The notes under the pieces are model-generated. The model had not been told where the DNA came from and made no database searches. It saw only the letters and a program-made list of their open reading frames with translations. Shown piece after piece: positions 26,215 through 38,789 of a DNA stretch of 47,516 nt (within the stretch, counting starts at the first letter, position 1; each line of letters opens with the position of its first letter). The stretch is from Chiloscyllium plagiosum. Its lineage: Eukaryota. Location: assembly GCF_004010195.1 (NCBI RefSeq), contig NC_057719.1, forward strand, positions 31,228,957 through 31,276,472. Direction: 5' to 3'. A program made the position numbers and the translations under genes.

Positions 26215-26444
26215 TGTCAATAGTAGTCATGATTTGCAGATGTTGGTGTTGGACTGGGGTGTACAAAGTTAAAAATCACAACATCAAGTTGTTGTCCAAC
26301 AGGTTTAATTGGAAGCACACTAGCTTTCGGAGCGTCGCTCCTTCATCAGGTGATAGTCACCTGATGAAGGAGCGACCCTCCGAAAGCTAGTGTGCTTCCA
26401 ATTAAACCTGTTGGACTATAACGTGGTGTTGTGTGATTTTTAAC
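26215..26444. mobile_element. Penelope-derived fold-back element, family B
   Basis: Inverted arms around ggtgatagtcacc. TSD ttcataaattgg at 26203-26214 and 26445-26456. Confidence 0.9.
26321..26389. ncRNA. Back-to-back minimal hammerhead cores (minus 26321-26349, plus 26361-26389)
   Basis: cac-CTGATGA-A-GGAGC-GAC-GCTCC-GAAA-GCTA-gtg on the minus strand. The plus copy has one stem II change. Confidence 0.72.
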
Positions 26445-26739
26445 TTCATAAATTGGGAGGCTTTCAAGGCCCACATTCCTTCTCCAAGGAATAGAATACT
26501 TTTTACCTTTTTTCTTTCTTCCATGTATACAAGTAAGGATTTAAAAGTGCAATATTTGCAATTCATACCTTTGCAAGTCAGATCATGAAGATTCCGGGTC
26601 TTCTAAATTGTAGTTTCTCTGACATTCTAAGTATCGAGGAATGTTTGAAAATGTGTATGATTGCTATGATTCGGTATGCATTTAAATTTTATGGTATCGT
26701 CCCTTTGCATAAAATTTTCTCACTTCCAGTAATAATTTG

Positions 26740-27990
26740 ATCATGCAGAACTTGAGTATTGCTGAAAAACTCATCTTGTCAACTTGTCACCTTGCACTCA
26801 TCAGGACAGTTCGTAAGCATACCAGTTCAAAAGGAATCATTTAAAATATGTAAGTGGCGAGTGCTGATTTGTTAGCAATTGGACTCTGAATACCGTGCTG
26901 TGGAGGATGCACCCATTAATGCTAATTCACAGTTAACTCTTAGGTTTTGTATTTATACTGGGGAGGTTGACTGTGAACCAGCAAATGGCTGTCACCTGTT
27001 TTGAGTTGAAATAGGTGCAGTATGTGTTAATGTGTTCTTTTATGCTGACAACAAGCAGGCCTTTTCCTCAACTGATGCTCCTAAATTGATTGTCTGCATA
27101 ATTCTTCACATTGGAAAATATTTGCTAGATATTCCTGTTACATAACCACAGACAGCCATTGTTGGATACTTGAGTTTCGCAAAAGCAGTCTGGTTGAGTA
27201 TACTCCACATTTTATGAACTGTCGAAGGGATATGCTCCTTGGCATCACGCCAGCACTGAAATTCATGTTCTGCATCACTTATTTGTATTATAAGCAATAC
27301 ATCTTTTTGGCTTCGAAGCAGCATCCTGTTGGTAGTGAACATCATTTGCGTGAAACTACACACTAGAAGTGTAAAATACCTAACTTCATCTGTTGTTGAG
27401 ACACTTTCAGGGTAATCTGAGGTGCACTGGACCCCTTTTCGAGATGGAGTGATCAACGTAGGGCCTTGTATGAGTTTGCGTGATATAGAGTGAGGAATTA
27501 CCTAATCGCGATAGCTTTAATCGAGTGGGACAGCCTTGAAACCGATCAAATTTGTTGTTGATTTTGTTTCATCAAGTTTGCACGGTGAACAAATAGCTTG
27601 AGCCTTATTTGTGAAGTTGCTAATAAGGCCAACCTTTAGCATGGTGAACTGTCTGAATCCTGGTGTGCATTCTGACCAGTGAAGATAGTTTTAAGGTAGA
27701 CACCTGGCTTTCTGTAGTATAAATTTGTGCTAATTGAGTTTGTCATTCATCGATTGAACAAAACTAAAAGACTGGGGGTCAGGCAGCTTCCGAGGAGCAG
27801 GAAAATCGACATTTCGGGCAAAAGCCGTCCTGATGAAGGGCTTTTGCCTGAAACGTCGATTTTCCTGCTCCTGATGCTGCCTGACCAGCTGTGCTTTTCC
27901 AGCTCCACTCTAATCTAGACTGCGATTTCCAGCATCTGCAGTCCTCACTTTTGCCAAAACTAAAAGACATAGAGTTTATCAATGGACTCC
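26740..27990 (-). mobile_element. Degenerate Penelope-like element (RT thumb plus GIY-YIG), third family
   Basis: Minus-strand KVGLISN..NKAQAICS and FTTNRML..SQKDVL...EFQC..DA. CTGATGA near its 3' end (26798-26804). Confidence 0.7.
27773..27954. mobile_element. Family A fold-back element nested in the Penelope copy
   Basis: TSD caaaactaaaagac at 27759-27772 and 27955-27968. Plus-strand hammerhead core at 27830-27857. Confidence 0.88.
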
Positions 27991-28399
27991 TTCCTCCGTA
28001 GAAAAGCGTTTATATAAGAGAATTAACTACAAAAATGTCATACCAAATATTCAAGCCAAAACTTCATCGAATTTGATATAAAACATTGCTTCGGTTTGCA
28101 AAGACTGAAAGAAAGCAAAATTTAAAATATAATGCATAAAAGAAAAATAGATTAGCCACGTCTATCTAGCTTTATCACTTTGACACCAGTACACAGGAGT
28201 ATTTTGTGACAACGGGGGTCGTCTGCAAAGAGATATAACTTTTGTGATTGGGCAAAAAAGAAGGGTATAATGTGGCAAAATGTGAAATTGTCCAATTTGG
28301 CAGATAGAAATGAGAAGCAGCACGTTATTTGTAGGGATTACAGAACTTGGCAGCTCATTGGGATCTGGGTGTATTGGCACATGAATTGCAAAAGATAAA

Positions 28400-28622
28400 T
28401 ACAATGAGTTCTGATATAATGCAATAGTGCCGTTACCATGCAATCCAGTTTTATAAGAAAATCTCCTAATAGCAGTGTTGTTTAAACTAATAGGGCCAGA
28501 TTCACTTTATAGCCAGTACAGGTAAGGAAAGTTTGTATTCTACAAACAATGGTCTAAATTCTTCAATTGCGTTATAGCCAATTCACATTGAGGAAACCCT
28601 TGTTATATAGTACTTGTCTGTA
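28400..28622. mobile_element. Tigger-like MITE inside an old CR1 (~28170-28770)
   Basis: ta|caatgagttctgatataatgc ... gttatatagtacttgtctg|ta. Related to the 18994 element. Confidence 0.5.
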
Positions 28623-28959
28623 CACAAGTGTGGCACATGTGAAAGCAATGAACCTTTTTTATTGCAATGGGAAAGGAATATAAAAGTAGGTTGTAATAAT
28701 TGGTGAGACCACATGGTTAGTGTGCACTTTTGGTTCCTGAAAGATAACCATTGCATTCAAAAGTATTGTATTATTTCCTGTCGTTTTGAAGAGGAATTGC
28801 CCAAATGTAGTGCTTTTATAAATAAGGAACTTTTCTAAATGCTCATGGCCATATCTTGAGCTTTGGATAATGCATGAAAAAGCTAACTTTTAAAATATTA
28901 CATGCCCGCATCCAACACTCATTCATCATAGGCACAAATGCCCAATGAGAAAGGTAACA

Positions 28960-30745
28960 AAATAAGTTAAAGATTGAATACAATCAAAAGAAGTGGATGC
29001 AGTGTAACAGTGGTAAGTCTGACGATTGGGAGCAATTTACATCACAAAAAGGGCGACCACGAAACTGACTATGAATGCAAACTCATGAGCAACAAAGGTG
29101 CACTAAAAGTTTCTTTTAAATATATTTAAAGCTAAATATTAGATCGAACAAAACTCCTCCATTAGAGATGGAGACACTAAAATTTATCGCCTTGGAGAAA
29201 GAGGCAGACACTCTCTCAGAAATATGAGGCAATCAAGGGACTGAGCAACTGAAAGAAATTAATTAAAGTTTCCTGGAACAAATTAACATATTCCCAGTGT
29301 GTTGAAGGAGATGGCTATAGAGTTAGTGGATGTATATCCTGAATTCTTTACATTCTGAAAAGGTTTCTGCAGACTGGAAAGCAACAAATCTAAACCCACT
29401 ATTTGCAAAAGAAGGGAGTGGGAAAATGGCCAAGTGCAGAGCTCTTAGTTTGATGTTGGGTTAGTAGGAAAACGTTAGAATTTACAATAAAGAATATAAC
29501 AACTGGACACTTTAAAAATGGTTCAATTGGGCAGAGTCAACATGAACATGTGAAAGAGAAATCACTTCTGACAAACATTTTCAAGGTTTTTTGACTATTT
29601 TCTATGTTTCAATATTTAACAAGCATTGAAATTAATGTGGAGAAAGAAAGGAAATAAAAATAAATGGGAAAAAAACTGGAATTTTTTTTCCAATTCCAAA
29701 AGCTAACCCTATTAGCGAGTGAGATGGAGAAATACTAAAATTAGAGGCAAAACAATCCACTACTCTGCAGCTGGGAGAATTTGAGGATACAAGATGATAA
29801 CCGTATGGCTCAACGAGGACCTGGAGGAAGGAACCATCAGCCTGGGAGACTAGCAGTTCAACGTGCATGGAGTATTTTACAATAATCCAGGCAACTATTG
29901 AAGTCTAAAGCATGGCGATCAAAATTTAGTTACTACTGTGCATGTGTTAAACATATTGAAATTTATCAGCCATGCTACATCAAAAATGAAGGTTAGAAAT
30001 ATAACCTTAGGAGCAGACTTTTCAGCATATCAAGCTGCTTCGCTATTTAATTACAAAATGGTTGATCGCCTGCCTCAAAGCTAATTTCTGCATGCAATCT
30101 CTATATTTCTTGATGTCATTATTCACCAGAAGGTATAAATGTCTATCCCTGACATGCTCAACAATTAAGCCATGATTGCTGTCTGGGGTAGAGAATTCCC
30201 AAGACTCACCACCCTCAGTGAAAAAATTCCCCCTTATCTGAGTCTTATACATTGCTGTCACCTGGTCCTAACCTCACCAGCCAGGGGAGCATGTTATCCA
30301 TTTCTACCCCATGTGCATATCATAAGTGTGGGTGAGGTTGTATCTTCAAAACATTTAAGAGAATGCACGTCCAGCTTCTCCATTTCTAATAATAAGATCC
30401 CACTATCCCAGGCATCAATCTGGTAAATGTTTGAGCTGTACGTTACACAAGACCATGAGAACCTTTTTCCACGTATGGAGTCAGCTATTACGAGGGGGCA
30501 CAGCTTTAAATTAAGGGGTGTAGGTATAGGACAGATGTTAGGGGTAGATTCTTTACTCAGCGAGTCGTGAGTTCACGGAATGCCCTGCCAGTAGCAGTGG
30601 TGGACTCTCCCTCTTTATGGGCATTTAAACGGGCATTGGATAGGCATATGGAGGAGAGTGGGATAGTGTAGGTTAGGTGAGCTTGGATCGGCGCAACATC
30701 GAGGGCCAAAGGGCCTGTACTGCGCTGTATTTTTCTATGTTCTCT
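28960..30745. mobile_element. CR1 fragments (plus ~28960-29600, minus ~30000-30430, plus 3' end ~30455-30745)
   Basis: CR1 RT remnants and 3' tails (gggcctgtactgcgctgta...ctatgttct). Confidence 0.72.
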
Positions 30746-31149
30746 TTTTCTAAGTGTGATCTCACAAGGTGCTACACACTTGCAGCAAGACATTTTTACT
30801 TTTATACTCCCACTGGTGCAGTGAAGGCCTTTTAGTGAGACACGACCAACACTTCCCAATCACACCTTTTTAGAAAAATACCAAATAAATAACTTCACAT
30901 CTTTTCACATGATATTCTAATATGGCTCCCCGGAACAGCTTGCGGGAAATCAAGCCTCAGTATTTCTGGAGTTAAAGATGTTAAAATATGCACTCAAAAT
31001 TCCCCAATTTACCTGATTTTCAGACCCAAAAAGCAGAGACCATGTTTATATCCTTACACGAATTACTATTTATTACAAAGTAACCAGACTCTGGCTACAT
31101 GTTGAGAGACAATGTGTTTTAGGTTATTTTACTCCGTCACCAGCTCGCT

Positions 31150-31560
31150 TAAACCCATTAATATCAGGTTTCCATTCATTCATTCATAACCCTTTACTAA
31201 TCTGTTGTTTACCAAAACACACTTTTATTCATTCATTTACATGCATTTTGTAGTATATTTTACTATTACAACATAGACCAAAATTAAAACCTCCCTTTCA
31301 CCATAAACCCTTACCAGGCCTATTTCTACATCAGAAACTACCCCCGAACAGGTGTCAATATCGTAAACAATACCGTCCCCTTCAAGTCTCCATGAAAGAT
31401 AATATTAATCAGCCCTTACCAAAAGTTTCTCGAATCTGGAACACCAAACATTTTCCCCAATTAGTACGTACTTGGGCCATTATCCCCTTAAGAAACGAAC
31501 AGTCAAAAATGTGAAATTGCATGAATGAATGAAACGCTCACTGGCAAATAGTGAACCCAG
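31150..31560 (-). mobile_element. Possible L1/Tx1 ORF2 C-terminal remnant
   Basis: Minus strand atgtttggtgttccagattcgagaaacttttgg resembles a frameshifted HMFW.C..I..FW motif. Confidence 0.3.
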
Positions 31561-31899
31561 CTGCGGTAATCAGTTGAATAACCTCTCTTCTTTTATTTCG
31601 AACAGGTACAATTTCTAATTTAAAGCATATAGGTCTAGTATTTTTACTAACATTTACTAACTTTTATAAAACAAAAGGACTAACATGTCTTAATTATGCA
31701 AGCAGACCTGACAGATGTTCTTAATCCAATCAGAAGTAGCAGCCAGCATTTAGCACATAGTCATAGAGATGTACAACAGATGGGACCTTATCGAAAGCCT
31801 TCTGAACGTCCAAGTAAACCGCATCCACAAGCGACTCCTTGTCATGTCTATAGTTACAACCTCCAAGTTCCCAGAGATTTATCAAGTTCTGTTTTATTT

Positions 31900-32305
31900 A
31901 TTAGATAGAAACCTGGAATGAGCAGTTTATCTTACAAGGAAAAGTTGAATAGATTGGGCTTGATTCCACTGGAATTGAGAAAAATGAAGGGTAATTTGAT
32001 TAGTGTATAAGATCCCTGAATAGTGGTGGTAAGGTGATTGTGGAAGATGTTTCTTCTTTAGAGTGAGTGCTAAGGTAGAGGACACTTTAAAAGTTAGGCA
32101 TCACCCTTTTAAGGAGGAGGTATTTTTCTGAGGACTTTGAGTTTGGAACTCTGCCACAAAAGGCAGTGGAGGTGAGGTCATTTGAATTATTTTTAAAGGT
32201 AAAGGTAGATTCTTGTTAGGCAGGGAAATCATACTCCATTGGAGTAGATGGGAATCTGGAAGTTATACACAAACTGGTTGACCGTTGTTTAATTGAATGG
32301 CGGAG
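31900..32305 (+). mobile_element. Old CR1 3' fragment
   Basis: Degenerate SY.E.L.RLGL..LE.R..KG.LI.VYK. Confidence 0.7.
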
Positions 32306-32633
32306 CTACCTGTCAGTCAAGGAAAAACGGAGGGAATTGGTAGAGTGGCAAGTGTGGAAACAGGTAAGCTGTCTACCTGACTGATGATCTTTACTCTTGC
32401 ACAGTGCCATTACCATGCTCCTGGGTTCCTCTATGCACATAGTGACCTGTTGAAGAATAGCTTGCTGTATTGCAATGGAAGCCGAGGAATCATTTATCAA
32501 CAGTGGTCACCTCTAAGCTTCCAGGCCAGCAGTCTGTGCTGTGTTCGAAGTTTTCTGATTCGTTGAGCAAGCTTCCATCTTACTGGCCTTCATAAGTGAT
32601 CTGACTGCTGAACCCAATCTCCACTGTAAAGGA

Positions 32634-32980
32634 GGGGTGGCACGGTGGATCAGTAATGAGCACTGCTGCCTCAGCGCCAGGGTCCAGGTTCGATTCCAGC
32701 CTTTGGCAACTGTCTGTGTGGAGGTTGCATATTCTCCCCGTGTCTGCGTGAGTTTCCTCCGGGTGCTCAGGTTGCCTTCCATAGTCCAAAGATGTTAAGT
32801 GAATTGCCCATGCTAAATTGCCCAGAGTGTTCAGGGATGGTTAGGTGCATTAGTCAGGGATAAATATAGGGTAGGGAGAATGGATCTGAGTGGGCTACTC
32901 TTCAGAAGGTCCATCTGGACTTATTGGGCTGAACTGCCTGTTTCCTAACTGTAGAAATTCTATTCTGTATTATTCTATTC
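32634..32980 (+). mobile_element. tRNA-derived V-SINE (HE1-like)
   Basis: GGTGGCACGGTGGATCAGT...GGTTCGATTCC, the V-domain and a (tattc)n tail. Confidence 0.9.
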
Positions 32981-33204
32981 ATACTCTGCAACACACCCTT
33001 CCCAGTCAAGATGATTGTTTCTAAATCTAATTGGCCTCAAATTAGCATTCGGTTTCATCATCCATCATTGTTTTCCATGCAAGTCCTTTGGACGTTAATG
33101 GGTAATTTTGTGCCTACTGGAGCATTTAAATTCTGAAATGAAATTCTCTCCCTTGTGCCTGTGCTGGAATTCAAATTTTGCATTGCAGTTTGTGGCTTTT
33201 TTTT

Positions 33205-34295
33205 TGTTCTGAAAATTGGTGGTATAGTGGACAGTGAAGATTACAAAAAAATCTTGATCAATTTGGTCAATGGGCTGACTGGTAGGTGGAGTTTAATTTG
33301 GATAAATACAAGGTACAGATACAAAATCCTTTATCCGAAATGATCGGGACCAGCTGGTTTTCGGAATTCAAAATTTTTCAGAATAAGTGAGTTTGGTGAA
33401 ATTTTTAAAAATCTTAGCAGAGGAGCAGCCTCAATCAGTAAAACTGGGCTTGAGAGAGAGGCCTGCCAGTGCTGGGCCACGCCCCCACATGTCTCATCTG
33501 TGTGACCCACAGAGTGGGTGACGACTTGGGTTAACTGCATGCCAAACAACCTTATTAATGAGAAAAAAACTTCACAAAAAAAAACCTTCGGATTTTGGAT
33601 AAAGGATTGTCGACCTGTACTGGATTTTGGTAATACAAACAAGGGCAATACTTATACAATTAATGGTAGGGCCTTGGATATGTTGTAGAATGGACATGTA
33701 GGGGTTCTGGTGCATAATTCTTCGGAATTTGCATCACAGAATGGTTAAGGTGTTGAGCAAACTTGCTTTCATTGCTCAGCCCTTTTGTGTAAAGGAGTTG
33801 GGATGTCATGTTGAGGTTGTACAGGATATTGGTGAGGCATCTTCTGGAGTACTGAGTACAATTCTGGTTGCCATGTTATAGGAAGGTTATTATTAACTTG
33901 GAGAGGGTTCAGAAAAGATTTCCCAGTATGTTACTGGGAATGGAGGGTTTGAGTTATAAGGCGAGGTTGAATGGGCTTGGACTTTTTGCACTGGAGTGTA
34001 GGAAATGGAGGGATTGCCTTGGAGGTTTATAAAATGAGGAGCATAGATAAAGTGAATAGCAAGGGGACAACTTTTTCTCATAGACACTGGTTCTGGCAGA
34101 ATCACCTGCCAGGTGAAGTGGTAGGGGCAGGTACAGTTAGAATATTTAGAAGACATTTGGATAGAGACACGAATAGGAAAGGTTTAGAGGGATACAGGCT
34201 AAATGCAGGCAAGTGGGACTAGTTTAGCTTGGGAGCATGGTTGGTGTGAACTAGTTGGACTGAAAAATCCTACAGCATGGAAACAGACTCTGTGA
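33205..34295 (+). mobile_element. CR1 3' half interrupted by a MITE
   Basis: KIGGIVDSED through the CR1 tail. Confidence 0.82.
33316..33617. mobile_element. Tigger/pogo-type MITE with TA TSD
   Basis: ta|CAGATACAAAATCCTTTATCCGAAA ... TTTTGGATAAAGGATTGTCGACCTG|ta. The CR1 sequence resumes after it. Confidence 0.88.
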
Positions 34296-34299
34296 TTGT

Positions 34300-35220
34300 C
34301 TTAACATGCTTCCACTATTAATGCCAATTTTCTTCAGATAATTCATCTCACTAGTCCATGCATTTTGGATGTTACTTGTGTTTTTGTGAAGTCAGAACCA
34401 AAGTATGTATTTAATTATCTCAACTATAGCTTGTTATTTTTTACTGTAGAGACCTCGTTTGTCTTTAGTAATTCTTTCAAATACTATAGAAGCTATTGCC
34501 ATTTAATTTGTATGTTCCTATAAACTTACTCTCCTACTCTATTTTCTCCCACTTAATCCTTTTGGCCTTCAAAATTTAAACTTCTCTCAATCCTCCAGTC
34601 TTTTTTTTAGCCACTTAGTAAACCCTATTCTTGGATCTAATTGCTCTTTTCCATCACGGTCAGGCTAACTTTCTATTTCTATGCCAGATAAGAATGAACA
34701 ATTGTTGCATCTCCTATATGTTCTCTTTCGATATTTGCCATTGCCTATCCATCATCGTCACTTCAACAAGACACCAGCTATGCTTGCTTAAAGCTTCCTT
34801 TATTTAGATTCAGATTCTCAATCAACTGTCCGTCTTTAATGATTTCTATCATTTAGCGTCACACTTTCCCAAAGGGACTTGCACAACTCAATTAGCAATA
34901 ATGCTTTCACATTACACAATGCCCAGCCTAGAATGACCTGCTTAGTAGTTGGTTCCTAAACACGCTGATCCAGAAAACCAGCTTGTAAATATTCCAGGAA
35001 TTCTTTCTCCAGTATTTCCCCCTCTTCTGTGTCCCTACATTTGTCCCATTAGCCCTGCCTTTCAATTCAATTCTTCCCAGCTGCCATCCGAGCAAATACT
35101 CCCATATGGACATTTGTTCAGATCTGCCTGATACAATCTGTCCACCTTGTACTGGTCCCACCTTCCCCAGAACCAGTACCAATGGCCCAGGAATCTGAAA
35201 CACACCACCTTGCAATATCT
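34300..35220 (-). mobile_element. Old CR1 (endonuclease/linker region)
   Basis: Minus-strand remnants similar to 4340-5280 (FLEYLQAGFLDQRV.EPT...ILGW.LCN). Confidence 0.6.
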
Positions 35221-35852
35221 AGCAACTTAACTGATACCCTTCTATTTATACTCTGCCCACCACATGGGGTGGGCAGCAAATGCTGGTCAGCCAGCAATGC
35301 CCATATCCCAAGATTGAATAATAAAAATTAACAATCCTGAGAGAGCTGTGTTTTGAGGTTCTGCTTTTAGCTTCCTTTCTAACTCTCTATATTCTGCATT
35401 AAGGATATTATCCATTGTCTTTTGTATGCTTCATTACTTGATAACTCCCTCTTTCAATTTAATTTTAGCTGCTTCTCTTTGGTCTTGTTTCTCTTGTTTT
35501 TTGTTTATCTTTTTATCCTTTTTTTTTTGTGAGCATGTCTGTCATTTCTCTTTTTTTTTGGGCTTTTCCACCCAGATCCCAGCGATCATCCTCTCACTCC
35601 CTCATTTCTAATTCTTTTCAGTCTCTCCCACTTGCACATTGAATTTCTTTCAAGTTTCAATAAAACAATGAGGCTAGTCTTTCCAAAGTGCTTGTGCTTT
35701 CTGTACAGTTGTCCTGTAATACATTTAATTCTGGCTCATGTCTGGGATGTTGAATTATTTTCGTGCTGTTCATATTCCTATTTAGTTTCATCCAAATTAA
35801 TTACTTTTGTTATCACCTTCTATTTGGTGAGGATTTGATTTTGTTCTTTCAG

Positions 35853-35960
35853 ATTGTCTCTGAAATAGAAAATATGCGTCATAGAATAATTGAAGTTCGT
35901 CAGGAAATATATAATCATAATGAGAATGAAGTTAGCAGACGATGGGCTTTTGAAGAAGGG
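35853..35960 (+). CDS. PRPF39: PRPF39 coding exon (exon 7 equivalent), 108 nt
   Basis: ttctttcag| acceptor and GGG|gtaagt donor. Encodes IVSEIENMRHRIIEVRQEIYNHNENEVSRRWAFEEG. Confidence 0.96.
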
Positions 35961-36681
35961 GTAAGTATTAAAAGGAAATTAAATGTGGAAATTCTAAAAC
36001 GAAAAGTGCTACAAAATGCTATTTGTTTGTAAGATTCATTTTTGCCCAATACAGGCATGAACTTGAGGCAAAACATATCCATAATTTTGTTTCCCTGAAG
36101 ATATAAGAGAACATAGTCTGTCTATTTTGCAATAATCCCAGATTCTCCCACCTCTCCATGTAATTGGAGTTCTTCATCTCTGGTGTCAGCCTGATAAAAC
36201 CATCTCTCTACTCCCTCAAAATTGTGCATTTTCTTACTGAAGTATGGTGCCTAGACGTGATCAATTTGAGGTCTTACCAATTATTTTACGACTGTTTAGC
36301 ATAATATCACATCAATAACCAAGCATTTTCTCAACTCACTCTACCACTTTCAAAAATGTATAATGTTCCTGCACCCTCTTCCAAGTTATCGTCATGTGAA
36401 TTTACTTTTTAATCGTCCAGACTACCCATCAAGGCAACTGATGAACTTGAATTCAGTTAATAACTCTGGAATAAATCTGGACGATGGAACTATTGTCAAT
36501 TGTTATAAATTCTCATCTGGTTCACCAATATCCTTTTAAGGAAAGATCCGTTTGCTGGATCTGGCCACCATGTAACTCAACACCTCCTCCAACAATGTAG
36601 TTGATTGTTAAATACACCCTGAAACTGCTCAACAAACTAGTCTTGTGTTGAACCACTACAAAGTCTAAGAAATGAAACCAG

Positions 36682-36835
36682 AATCATAGAATCCCTTCAG
36701 TGTGGAAACAGGCTATTGGGCCCATCGAGTCCACACTGATCTTCCAAAGAGGATCCCATCCAGACCTTCACCCCTACCCTATCCCCATAATCCTACATTT
36801 CCCAGGGCCAGTTCACCTAACCTGCACCTCTTTGG
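36682..36835 (-). mobile_element. 3' half of an HE1-like SINE
   Basis: Matches the tail half of the SINEs at 1258 and 16382. Confidence 0.75.
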
Positions 36836-38609
36836 TCCATCTGACATCAATCTGTGCAGTGAAAACTGCAACAGCAAGCCCAGCCCTTTTGCCACTGTAA
36901 AGTTATCCCTTAACTAGGTTCTGGGGAGCACTGTCTCAAGTTAGTCAAGCCACAGCCTGGCATTGTCATACTCTTGGGATTATATCTCGCAGCATCACCC
37001 ACTGGAGCAAGCCTATCAGGGGATGAATGCAAAGTGGTATGCAGTTTGGAAGAACTTGCCCTGGGCGTCTTCAACATTTGACTCTGGATCTTGTGAAACG
37101 TCAAGGCGTCAGGTTAAGCATATGAATTAGAAGCTGGGTTAAGGCATTTGGCGTCTCCATCCTGATCTGCAATTCAAAAATATCATGGGCTAATCTGATT
37201 GTGTCCTCTACTGTTGTTGTTCTTGGTCGAGAATCTACCTCTGCCTTAAAAATATTCACTGACCTTGCTTCCACTACTCTGGCGAAGAGCTCCACAGGCT
37301 TACACCCTCAGGATAAAATGTCCTTCTCATCCCTTCCCATGGCTGCTGAATCAATACTCCTCATTGAATGTTGTTTTGAGGAAGCATTGAATGAGGCAAG
37401 GGCATAAAATGGTTAGGAGACTTCAATGTCTGTCACCCAATTATTGTTTAGTAACTGTTAGCCACTATTTACAGAGCAAGATGAATCCTATGGGAATCAT
37501 ATAGCTAATATGGTGGATCTATAGCAGGTATCGAGGGAATTTAACCAGGGGAGAAAACATTTTTCCTATTCCTCATCAATTTAAAATCTATTTGTGCCAG
37601 ATGCATCTGTCCATGTTAGAATTAGTAGAAATGACCGCAACGTCCTTGCAGAGACAAAACCATATTTTCACAATGAAGGTATTTTCCATGTTATATGGCC
37701 CTACCACTGTGATCTAGGAACAGATCTGACAACTCACTGGTCACTCTTGAGATGCTGTGGGCCATCAACAGGAGTATGCATTCAAGCACTATTTGTAGCT
37801 CCATGACCAGCATATCACAATCTCATTACTATAAGCTGGGGTTCTCTCCTGGGTAAATGAGGAGGCCAAGAAGTCATGTCTGGAGCAGCACCAGATATAC
37901 TGAAAATTAGGTGTCAATGTGGTGAAGCTACAAAGCAGAAATCCTTGCATGCGAAAAAGTGGAGTCAGCATGTGTTTAATAAATGCTAAGTGATCTTGCT
38001 TCCAATGGATCAGGTCTAAACTGTGCAATCCTGCTGCTTAAAGCTGTAAAGGATGCTGAACAGGTAAACAGCCAAGAGAAGGAGGTAACTCCACAAAAAT
38101 CATCATAAATTATAGGATAACCCAGAAAATTGATGCTGAAGACATGCTGAACCACTTAGAAGCACTTCAGCCCAAGGTACTGAATGGTTCATCTATTTCT
38201 GCTTCAACCTGTGCTCCAGAACATTAACTGAGCTCTATCTATAACTACAACACTGGTATCTACCCAGCGATGTTGCCAGGTATGTCTTGTCCATGAAAAG
38301 CAAGTAAAGCCTGACCCCTCTAATAACTCTGTTATCAACAGAGTGGTGGAAAAGGTTGACAATGCTGTTATGTGGCACTTGGTCAGAAATAACCTCCGCT
38401 CGTGTATCGCTTGTGTTCTACCAGAGCAACTCACACCCTAAACTCATTAGTCTTGATTGAAACATGAACAAAAGAGCTAAATTCCAGAGGTGAGGTAGAA
38501 GTGACTGCCCTTGATATTAAAACCGTATTTGTTTAAGGGTATGCCAGACATCACTGCAGGAGTTCATCGGGGTAAGACTGAGGGCACTCGTCACTCATCC
38601 TACCAGAAG

Positions 38610-38789
38610 ATAGAATGCTTTCTGATTAGAGACAACTGGTGGTAGTTTAACCTGAGGGTTACTATCCCTCTACAGAGGGACAAGGTTGAGAAGATGGGAC
38701 CTTCATAACACCTTCAGCTAGTGCAAAAATTGAACCTGTGCTGTTGGCATCACAAATCAGCATCTAGCCAACTGAGCTAACTGACCCCC
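38610..38789 (-). mobile_element. Second tRNA-derived SINE family
   Basis: Minus strand GGTCAGTTAGCTCAGTTGGCTAGA (A box) ... GGTTCAATT (B box), then a non-tRNA body. Confidence 0.7.

Noticed and set aside
32634..32710. tRNA genes (also ~1500-1570, ~16610-16680, ~38720-38789)
   Set aside because: The A/B boxes run into SINE bodies and LINE tails, and there is no intact cloverleaf.
35541..35553. Extra pairing GTCATTTCTCTTT with GGGGAAAAATGAC (42523-42535)
   Set aside because: It is not nested with the other helices, relies on GU pairs and low complexity, and is not counted as evidence.
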